The translations under genes and the position numbers were made by a program. A DNA stretch of 44,242 nt from Candidatus Woesearchaeota archaeon (lineage in GTDB: Archaea > Nanobdellota > Nanobdellia > Woesearchaeales > UBA12501): contig JACOVM010000077.1 in NCBI GenBank assembly GCA_016177345.1, positions 1 to 44,242 on the forward strand. The letters are read 5' to 3'. Below the pieces are notes generated by a model that worked only from the letters and a program-made list of their open reading frames with translations, had not been told where the DNA came from and made no database searches. Position 1 is the first letter of the stretch; every line of letters starts with the position of its first letter. Below are positions 37,127-44,242 of the stretch, piece after piece.

Positions 37127-38161
37127 ATGAAACGTGGTGACCTTATGAGTGAAGAAATACAAAAAGATGAAGAGTCCATACAGCCTGATGATGACATGGT
37201 GGAGGTTGTTCCTTCAGGAAATCCAAAAAAACAGGCACTTGAAAGCCTTCCAGGAGTTGGCGCGTCGACTGCTGAAAAGCTCCAAGAAGCAGGGTACTAT
37301 GACCTGATGAGTTTAGCAGTTGCTTCCCCTGGTGAACTGGTGGAAAGCGTAGGGGTCAGCGAGCCAATTGCAAGAAAGATCATTAACGCAGCAAGAAATA
37401 ATCTAGATATGGGATTTCAGTCTGGAGATGACCTTCTTAAAAAAAGAGAGCGAGTGATCAAGATCCCTATAGGATCAGATGCCTTCAACACCCTCATGGG
37501 TGGGGGATTTGAAACTGGCTCCATCACCGAATGCTTTGGTGAATTTGGATCTGGAAAAACCCAGCTTGGCCATATTCTTTGTATAAACGTTCAGAAGCTG
37601 GATCCAACTGCGGTTATCGTGTATATTGATACGGAAAACACGTTTAGGCCAGAGCGCATTAAGCAGCTTGCTGAAGGAGCTGGACTCTCCACAGAACAAG
37701 TTCTTAGTAACATCAGAGTTGGACGTGCGTATAACTCAGACCACCAGATGCTTCTTGCGGAGAAAGTTGAGGACCTTATCCAAAAACAAAACCTCAACGT
37801 CAAGCTTATTGTGGTAGACTCACTGACAGCCCATTTCAGGGCTGAGTTTATCGGCCGAGGAACCCTTGCTGAGCGGCAGCAGAAGCTGAATAAGCACATG
37901 CACACCCTTCTCAAGCTTGCCGACAGTTGTAACCTTTGCGTTTATGTTACTAATCAGGTGATGTCAAAGCCAGACGTGTTCTTTGGCGACCCGACTCAGG
38001 CGATTGGTGGCCACATTGTTGGGCACGCATCTACCTTCAGGATTTACCTTCGAAAAGGAAAGAAGGGCTCCAGAGTAGCAAAGCTGATCGACAGCCCCCA
38101 CCTTCAAGAAGGAGAATGTAACTTCTTTGTAGAAACTGGTGGTCTGAGAGACGTTAAATAA
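37127..38161 (+). CDS. radA: DNA repair and recombination protein RadA
   Basis: HhH domain LPGVGASTAEKL; Walker A GEFGSGKTQ; YIDTENTFRPER; Walker B LIVVDS; GRGTLAERQQKL; GGHIVGH. Confidence 0.97.
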   Translation: MKRGDLMSEEIQKDEESIQPDDDMVEVVPSGNPKKQALESLPGVGASTAEKLQEAGYYDLMSLAVASPGELVESVGVSEPIARKIINAARNNLDMGFQSGDDLLKKRERVIKIPIGSDAFNTLMGGGFETGSITECFGEFGSGKTQLGHILCINVQKLDPTAVIVYIDTENTFRPERIKQLAEGAGLSTEQVLSNIRVGRAYNSDHQMLLAEKVEDLIQKQNLNVKLIVVDSLTAHFRAEFIGRGTLAERQQKLNKHMHTLLKLADSCNLCVYVTNQVMSKPDVFFGDPTQAIGGHIVGHASTFRIYLRKGKKGSRVAKLIDSPHLQEGECNFFVETGGLRDVK

Positions 38162-38245
38162 GGACAGTAAGGATAGAAAGCCACAAACCATTTTTTCCTT
38201 TTTTTATTTTCTTTTGCTTACTAAAGTGATAGAGGTCACAGCCTT

Positions 38246-39079
38246 TTAAGCAGTTGTTCCTTTCTGTAAATACTCCATGAATTGCTGTTGGAATGCTGCA
38301 AAACTTTTTACTCCTTCTAATATTTGCTGCTTAACTTCTCTCTTTTCCTGTTTTCCGCTGTACCAACAAAGAGCTACGTTTGCTGCTTGAACAGCATGTA
38401 CAAAATGGTCAGCCTCTACACTAGTGTGAATCTTAATCCAGTAATATGCTGGAACTTCACACCCTGATATGGTCACCTTGGTGTTTTCTAAATGGTTAAC
38501 TAGGCAAGGATAGTCTCTACGAAGGGTGTTGTCTAAAGCCCTAAATTCTGAGTCAGCTAACAGTTCAGACCCAACATGAAATCCAATTGATCTAAATAGG
38601 CCTTGTTCGTCATCCTGTCTAGAATATATACCATATCCGTTAGTTACTTGTGCATCAAATTTAGCGCGAATATGTCTTAAATCATCTTGGACGTCATCAA
38701 ATGGATAGTGACTATACTCAGTTGATCCTTTAATTACTGCTTGTGCCATAGTCCTATGGGTTGGGTGGGTTGCCAGTTCACGATCGCCAAACTCGTCTAT
38801 TGCAGCAGCGAAGATATGAGAAGCGACTTCCATACTCCTGTCGTTCCACCCGCCGTGGTTAGCATTGGCTCTAAATAAATCGTCTTGAGCTCCAACTCGT
38901 CCTGCAAGCGAAGCGACTCCTGCACCAAATAATCGATTAAAGTGGACATATTTGATGATAATTGGAACAATAGTCTCTGGGGTAGCGTTGTTAAGTGCTT
39001 TCTGGAAGGATTGGTCACCAGAAGATCCAATAAGTACGTGCTCAAGGTCTTGTTTTGTTAAGGTGGTGTCGTCGACCAT
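38246..39079 (-). CDS. Heme-oxygenase-like (HDO/TenA/PqqC superfamily) putative diiron enzyme
   Basis: All-helical; ligand pattern IDEFG..THRTM, GSELLADSEF, WIKIHTSVEADH. Confidence 0.65.
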   Translation of the reverse strand: MVDDTTLTKQDLEHVLIGSSGDQSFQKALNNATPETIVPIIIKYVHFNRLFGAGVASLAGRVGAQDDLFRANANHGGWNDRSMEVASHIFAAAIDEFGDRELATHPTHRTMAQAVIKGSTEYSHYPFDDVQDDLRHIRAKFDAQVTNGYGIYSRQDDEQGLFRSIGFHVGSELLADSEFRALDNTLRRDYPCLVNHLENTKVTISGCEVPAYYWIKIHTSVEADHFVHAVQAANVALCWYSGKQEKREVKQQILEGVKSFAAFQQQFMEYLQKGTTA

Positions 39080-39111
39080 AGGAACCTCTATTTATTTATC
39101 CCTATTGAGTA

Positions 39112-39169
39112 GATATAAAACATAAAGTATAAATATTTGTGTCGTAAGTAAAATAACTACGTTTATATA
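39112..39169. promoter_or_regulatory. Divergent TATA promoters between the HDO-like and TrmB genes
   Basis: + strand TTTATATA 39162-39169 (ATG 39191); minus strand TTTTATAT at ~39113-39120 (ATG 39079). Confidence 0.5.
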
Positions 39170-39190
39170 CTGGTTCCTGTTTAAACTTGT

Positions 39191-39922
39191 ATGGAGCAAG
39201 AATTACGGGATTTTGGCTTAAGCGACAATGAAATCAAGATCTATTTAGCGTTACTCCGTCGAGGCCTCATGAGCCCGACAGAAATTTCTAAAGAGACTGG
39301 ATTCGCCAGACCATACATTTACGATGTAGTACAACGCCTGCAAGAGAAAGGTGTCGCTGCAACAATATTAAGGGATCAGAAGCGTTGTTTTACTGCAGTA
39401 ACCCCCTCTCAATTAGTGGAATTAAGCAAGCAACGGTTAGAAGCCCTTGAAAAGGTCACAAAGAATCTTGACGCATTAAAATTTACACCAGAGCAAAACA
39501 TCAATGTCGAACTCCAAACAGGGAAATTCGTCTTCCGAACATTACTCAATGATATACTGCTTCATCTTAAAAAAGGAGATGAATCGCTATGGTATGGGAT
39601 TGATGATGCTTCGCTTATTGAAGCAGATCCCGTTATAGAAAAGAGGCTGGATCAGTATTTAGCAAAAATTGTACGAAGTGGCATTACAGAAAAGTTAATA
39701 GTAAAAAAAGGAACCAAAGTAATACCCCAGGCAAAAACAACAACATACAAATTTCTTCCAGAGGAAACAATAGGGAATCTTGCGTTTGTAACCTACGCCG
39801 ATAAGCTTGCGATATTCTTATGGGGTAATCCGAATTATCTTATTTTTATAAAGAATAAAGGGGTGGCATCATCCTACCGAAATCAGTTCCATGTTCTTTG
39901 GGAAAAGGCAACAAGCCAGTAA
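39191..39922 (+). CDS. TrmB-family transcriptional regulator
   Basis: FGLSDNEIKIYLALL..EISKETGFARPYIYDVVQRLQEKG..FTAVTP; C-terminal effector domain. Confidence 0.9.
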   Translation: MEQELRDFGLSDNEIKIYLALLRRGLMSPTEISKETGFARPYIYDVVQRLQEKGVAATILRDQKRCFTAVTPSQLVELSKQRLEALEKVTKNLDALKFTPEQNINVELQTGKFVFRTLLNDILLHLKKGDESLWYGIDDASLIEADPVIEKRLDQYLAKIVRSGITEKLIVKKGTKVIPQAKTTTYKFLPEETIGNLAFVTYADKLAIFLWGNPNYLIFIKNKGVASSYRNQFHVLWEKATSQ

Positions 39923-40036
39923 ATAAACTCTTTTTAGCCACACGTCCAACAACTTTATAAATAACACTCTTTTCCGTCACAGCATACTCGTAAATATCGA
40001 GTAGATCGAAAGAAGGAAAGAAAGGTGAAATGAAAT

Positions 40037-40369
40037 ATGGGATATGACGACGAAAGACAGGGCTCATTTGGGCCAATCCCGGTTAAAGTAGGGGATGTAT
40101 TAGAAGTCACCATCGAGGCTGTTGGTGCAAAAGGAGACGGAATTGCCAAGAAAGACGGGTTTGTCCTGTTCGTTCCTGGCGTCAAAGAAGGGGAACGGAT
40201 TAAGATCCGAGTAACCAAAGTTCTTCGAAAAGTTGGCTTTGCTGAAAAAGTAGGCAGCGAAGAATCATCATCAAGTGATGAAGGGGATACAGGATCCAGT
40301 GATGAAGAAGCCACTGAAGGAGAGCCAGAACAGGAAGAAGACTCGGAAGACTTCGGCGACGAGAACTAA
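40037..40369 (+). CDS. Single TRAM-domain RNA-binding protein with acidic tail
   Basis: PVKVGDVLEVTIEAVGAKGDGIAKKDGFVLFVPG..IRVTKVLRKVGFAE; TATA 39954-39961; GGTGA RBS. Confidence 0.9.
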   Translation: MGYDDERQGSFGPIPVKVGDVLEVTIEAVGAKGDGIAKKDGFVLFVPGVKEGERIKIRVTKVLRKVGFAEKVGSEESSSSDEGDTGSSDEEATEGEPEQEEDSEDFGDEN

Positions 40370-40420
40370 GCTCACGCTTCTTAAGATACTTTTTTATATT
40401 TCTTTTTTTTCTTATTCAAG

Positions 40421-40948
40421 ATGATCCGGCTTTTTATTGCATTGCCTCTTTCAGAAGAAGTAGAGCAATACCTTCTTACCATCACTAAGAAATTACCAGA
40501 GGATGGCTTTGCAAAAGTGAACAGTAGTCACCTTACGATCAGTTTTCTTGGGTGGGTAAACGAAAAAAATGTTCCAGAGATCATCAAACGTTTAGATTCC
40601 ATCACATTTTCGGCGTTTACCCTTCAACTTCACCATCTTGGCTTTTTTCCTGATGATAAGCACCCAAGGGTGGTTTGGATTGGCGTCTCACCACATGAAC
40701 AGGTACTATCGCTAAAAAAGAATGTTGAAGAAGCACTTTACGGCTTATTTCCTAAAGACGATCGTTTTCATCCTCATCTGACTCTTGCAAGAATAAAGTT
40801 TTTGAAAGAAAAGAAAACGATTGAAAACATGAAAAAGATGGTGATTGAGCACAAAGAGTTTTGTGCTGATAAGCTGATACTGTACCAGTCAATCCTTACA
40901 CAAACTGGGGCTGAGTATGAAGAATTGTGGTCAAAAAAAGCGAACTAA
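40421..40948 (+). CDS. thpR: RNA 2',3'-cyclic phosphodiesterase (2H family, LigT/ThpR)
   Basis: RLFIAL; two HxT motifs (HLTISFLG, FHPHLTLAR); LYQSILTQTGAEY. Confidence 0.9.
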   Translation: MIRLFIALPLSEEVEQYLLTITKKLPEDGFAKVNSSHLTISFLGWVNEKNVPEIIKRLDSITFSAFTLQLHHLGFFPDDKHPRVVWIGVSPHEQVLSLKKNVEEALYGLFPKDDRFHPHLTLARIKFLKEKKTIENMKKMVIEHKEFCADKLILYQSILTQTGAEYEELWSKKAN

Positions 40949-40956
40949 TGTTGACG

Positions 40957-41727
40957 TCATAGCACATCGCTTACTGATGCCGCTTTTCCAATATCAACAG
41001 TTTCCATGGAGGTTCCTAACGGGGAAGCATACGCTAACAAGTACACTGGAAGTTGATTTTCATGGAATCGCTGTATTTTCCGAATAAGTTTTGGCTCAGA
41101 CCGAGTTTCACGAGCGGTCAGAGTTAATATGTCGCCTCTCAGGTTTAGACTGAACAACGCGCTGTATTCTTTAATGCAAATGTGGCCCCCAGCCCCACCA
41201 CCATGACTAACACCCCCATAAGTAGGACCATCATAAACTACCCTGCTTTCTATCTCAGCTATCTCAGAAATTAAGGCGCCATTCAAAAAAATGAGCTGTT
41301 TATCACCAACAATCCTTTCTAAATCTTGAACGGAATCTGTAGGTATGACCAGTTCTCGCCCGGTTTCTGATGGCCAATACTGTTTGGCAAAGTGTTCCCC
41401 AATATAATAGACATTGCCATCTTGCACTGGTTTTAGCAAAAGTGTTTCCCTAGTAGACCGTAAGGCATCAAAAGCAATACCCATTGAAATAAGTCCTGAT
41501 AAGGCACCACAACTGCCAATAAGCACGGTACCAATTGCTTCAAGAAAACCAAGTTCTCCTTGAAGGGCATTGTAAGCATAATCACTAAGTGCATAAGCTC
41601 CCCCTCCAAATACAGCACTAAGCGCTCCTGTTCGAAGGGTATCCTCCATTACCCTTCTTAACATTCTTTGCTGCTTGGTTAAACATAGCAGTTCCAACCC
41701 TTCCTGTGCTGAACAATATCCCATCAT
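40957..41727 (-). CDS. Hypothetical membrane protein (two TM helices), last gene of the opine dehydrogenase operon
   Basis: Start moved to ATG 41727 (GGGAG RBS, 4 nt after the upstream stop) to avoid a 164-nt overlap; TMs GALSAVFGGGAYAL and AIGTVLIGSCGALSGLISMGIAF. Confidence 0.6.
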   Translation of the reverse strand: MMGYCSAQEGLELLCLTKQQRMLRRVMEDTLRTGALSAVFGGGAYALSDYAYNALQGELGFLEAIGTVLIGSCGALSGLISMGIAFDALRSTRETLLLKPVQDGNVYYIGEHFAKQYWPSETGRELVIPTDSVQDLERIVGDKQLIFLNGALISEIAEIESRVVYDGPTYGGVSHGGGAGGHICIKEYSALFSLNLRGDILTLTARETRSEPKLIRKIQRFHENQLPVYLLAYASPLGTSMETVDIGKAASVSDVL

Positions 41728-41731
41728 GTTA

Positions 41732-43150
41732 TTACTCCCGTCGTATTGGCCTATGTTTTCCAGCTCTAGCTGGAATGGAATCAACGTATCCCACGTCAAT
41801 ATCACATTCGTTATTAAAGATTTCTTGAAGCTGCTGTTGGATTGTTGAACGTATACTCTCTCTTTGTTCACTATCTCGAAGATATGGAGAGACAAGATTG
41901 ACGTGAACTTTGCCTGATTTTATTTGGACAATTTCATACTGAATCCCATGTACGGGAATGCTTAAGTCAAGAAACCATCGGTAAGCTGCATCCATTAATG
42001 ATCCAGATGGGATCAGCTTTCCAGACGGGGTTACCAAGCAATCGGCAACTCTTCCTTCAATTCCAGAAAGTTGCCGAAAGCTGCTTCCACAGGAACAAGG
42101 TTCTTGATGGGTGGGGAATGATGATAGATCCCCTTGTTTGTAGCGTATAAGCGGAGTTGCCATGTTAAGCAGGTTCGTTCCGACAACCTCACCGACGTCA
42201 CCAGGCTTGCTTGACAACCCAGTTTGATGGTCGATAATTTCAAGATAACAAGAATCTTCTTCAAGATGGTATCTCCTTTTCGGGCATTCTAATGCAATTC
42301 GAGTCAGCTCTTCGCTGCTGTATTCGTCGAGAACAAGGACACGAAGCACAGCGGATAATTCTTCACGATCTGTTCTTGTTGACTGCTCTGAATGGACAAT
42401 AACAAGCTTTCCACCAACACGCTGGATGTCTTGGAGTTGGGGTGCTAATCGCTGAAGATAGCTTGGATAAAGAGAAAGAACAGCAGGCCGGAGTGCTCGT
42501 ACCGCTGCTGCTGCATCTTCTACCTGGTGCCCTGAGGAGATAAATATGGTTGGATAAAGCCCTCCAATAGAAGTAAACCACCAAGGGCAAGTGTAGATCA
42601 GTAATGAGGAATCAGATGAAGATACTGTTCCACCACTCTGTGCTTCTATTTGGCGGCACCCCATCAGGGTATCTGTTATAACTGCCTGCTTGTCAACAGC
42701 AACTGTTACAAATTTTCCTGATGAGCCGGAGCTTCTCGTTGTAAATTCTGTAGTGTATCCTTGAGCGATGATGGCGTTTGGCCAGGCAGCAATCAATTCA
42801 TCTTTCGTTACGAAGGGGAGTAGTTCAAAATCTCGCCACGTTCGAAGATCACCAGGGTGAAGCCCTGCCGCAGCATATTTTTCTCTATAAAGTGGCACCT
42901 TGGCAAAAGCGTGTGTAACAAGATGCCGTATTTTCTTGAACTGCCATTCACGGATTGCTATAGGATCCCTAAATCGAAAATATCGAATTGATTGATAGCT
43001 ACGAAGGTAAGCCTGCAATAACTCCTGAAGATCAGCTGGAGTTTGTTCTCGATATTGAGGCCTGCCGATTTGAGAGTAATCTATCTCTCTATCGCGAGAA
43101 GCCTGCTTTGCCATATTGCAGATAAGAGATGATTCACCCATAAGGATCAT
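41732..43150 (-). CDS. Phenylacetate-CoA ligase family (PaaK/CapK-like) adenylate-forming enzyme
   Basis: AFAKVPLYR, LPFVTKDEL, P-loop TRSSGSSG, YSSEE, TNLLNMATPLIRYKQGD, EGRVAD, GKHR. The start may be 43141. Confidence 0.85.
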   Translation of the reverse strand: MILMGESSLICNMAKQASRDREIDYSQIGRPQYREQTPADLQELLQAYLRSYQSIRYFRFRDPIAIREWQFKKIRHLVTHAFAKVPLYREKYAAAGLHPGDLRTWRDFELLPFVTKDELIAAWPNAIIAQGYTTEFTTRSSGSSGKFVTVAVDKQAVITDTLMGCRQIEAQSGGTVSSSDSSLLIYTCPWWFTSIGGLYPTIFISSGHQVEDAAAAVRALRPAVLSLYPSYLQRLAPQLQDIQRVGGKLVIVHSEQSTRTDREELSAVLRVLVLDEYSSEELTRIALECPKRRYHLEEDSCYLEIIDHQTGLSSKPGDVGEVVGTNLLNMATPLIRYKQGDLSSFPTHQEPCSCGSSFRQLSGIEGRVADCLVTPSGKLIPSGSLMDAAYRWFLDLSIPVHGIQYEIVQIKSGKVHVNLVSPYLRDSEQRESIRSTIQQQLQEIFNNECDIDVGYVDSIPARAGKHRPIRRE

Positions 43151-44210
43151 CCCCTCCAGATTTATCCACCTTGAATATGGCCTTAGAATCTATTTTTCGA
43201 AAATCAATGCCTAGACTTAAAAAAGGCTGGCGAAGCATTGCTGAAAAAATAGTGATAACTGCATCAGCCACCAGCGTTTCAACCGCGATACGCTTTCCAA
43301 GCGTTGATAATGGCACAAGATTGTACGGAATGTCCTCTGTAACATATCGGTGGGTCAAGTTCGTGGGGGCCATAACCCTTGGTGTTACAGGGTCTGAAAT
43401 AACCGCATCGAGAAGAGAAACACCCCCAAGGGGGCCGCTTAAATAATCACGGAGTGAAGGAGAGTCAAACCCAAGTTTCTTAACTATTGCTATTCTTTCA
43501 TTATCCAACGCCTCCATCAACGCAATACCTGAGTTACCTGCCCCATCACGATAAAATGTGAATGCTTCTTGCTGCTCTATTCGTTGGGCATTTGCCAGCA
43601 TGAGTGGAGGGTGGAGGATCATGTTCCAGTTCAGCAGCCCGCAATGGACAACATTTTGGCAGGGTTGGGCTGATATTCCAAGTAAGGACTCCAACGTGCC
43701 AATCGCTGTCATGGTATGTTCAGTAGGATAAGATGCGCACCAAAGTGAAGAAAGGCGATAGTGCACGTCTACTGTTCTTGTTTCTGCTATCCTGGCAACA
43801 TAGGGAAGCTGGTTGAGCTCAGTCCAGCCTCTTTCTCCAACAGAGTCAAGGTGAGATAAGCCAAAGCCGAGCCCCCCAGGAACAAGAAAAAGAAGAGCAT
43901 GCCTGTCAGCTAATGCTATTGCTTTCTTTAGATAAAAGGACCTTGCATCTGCAGGGCAAACAATAAAGATATACGCTGCAGAAGAAATAGAAGAAAGATC
44001 ACGTTGGATTGGAATGGAAAGGTATTGTTTTCCACCAGCGTCCACGCGGTAAAAACCGTTTTGGTTATCTTCTTTAACTCCCCCAGTACCTTCTTGAAAC
44101 TTCGGGTGAAAGGCAGAATAGACTGTTACAGAATGCCCTCGAACGTGAAGATCCGCAGCTAAAGCCAACCCCCCAGCTCCCCCACCACAAACTGCTATTT
44201 GTTCTGCCAT
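43134..44210 (-). CDS. NAD(P)-dependent opine dehydrogenase (octopine/nopaline dehydrogenase family)
   Basis: Rossmann IAVCGGGAGGLALAADL; LPYVAR; NMILHP; ALDNERIAI; HRYVTEDIPYNLVPL. Confidence 0.9.
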   Translation of the reverse strand: MAEQIAVCGGGAGGLALAADLHVRGHSVTVYSAFHPKFQEGTGGVKEDNQNGFYRVDAGGKQYLSIPIQRDLSSISSAAYIFIVCPADARSFYLKKAIALADRHALLFLVPGGLGFGLSHLDSVGERGWTELNQLPYVARIAETRTVDVHYRLSSLWCASYPTEHTMTAIGTLESLLGISAQPCQNVVHCGLLNWNMILHPPLMLANAQRIEQQEAFTFYRDGAGNSGIALMEALDNERIAIVKKLGFDSPSLRDYLSGPLGGVSLLDAVISDPVTPRVMAPTNLTHRYVTEDIPYNLVPLSTLGKRIAVETLVADAVITIFSAMLRQPFLSLGIDFRKIDSKAIFKVDKSGGDDPYG

Positions 44211-44242
44211 GCCAACAGTAAAGTGAAAGAAACATAAAGAGG

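Noticed and set aside
41728..41895. N-terminal extension of ORF 40957..41895
   Set aside because: It overlaps the ligase 3' end by 164 nt; RBS + ATG at 41727 fits better.
1598..43446. Numerous 60-255 aa antisense or alternate-frame ORFs (e.g. 9402..10169, 13999..14682, 39955..40314)
   Set aside because: They lie within or largely overlap well-supported genes and show no motifs; treated as shadow ORFs.
1..44242. Provirus, integrase or transposase
   Set aside because: No such ORF or att/terminal repeats were recognised. The amidase lacks holin or phage context and has a pilin-type N-terminus, so it is not called an endolysin.

Overview
Archaeal genomic DNA, most likely from a DPANN (Woesearchaeota-like) organism. 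The assignment is inferred from RadA, a zinc-finger RPA, a single-TRAM protein, a TrmB regulator, TTTAWAWA promoters and many K-[AG]|x class III signal peptides. Bases ~0.7-34 kb form one almost entirely + strand cell-surface locus. It encodes three giant Cys-rich/Ig-like secreted proteins and about 19 type IV pilin-like proteins. Five tandem pilins carry six-Cys beta-defensin-like heads, and the last gene is a 1004-aa pilin-like protein with an intact zinc N-acetylmuramoyl-L-alanine amidase (peptidoglycan hydrolase) domain. Together these suggest a pilus-borne apparatus for binding and breaching bacterial cell walls (inference). No pilus ATPase, platform protein or prepilin peptidase is visible in the window. 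The locus is interrupted by an HTH-MNT/HEPN toxin-antitoxin pair, an inverted class II glutamine amidotransferase and a ~320-nt highly structured non-coding element. The right end holds DNA-repair/housekeeping genes (RPA, small putative ssDNA-binding protein with a structured leader, radA, TRAM, 2H phosphoesterase), a heme-oxygenase-like protein/TrmB pair, and the distal part of an opine dehydrogenase + adenylate-forming ligase operon. All family calls come from motif recognition by eye; no searches were run.
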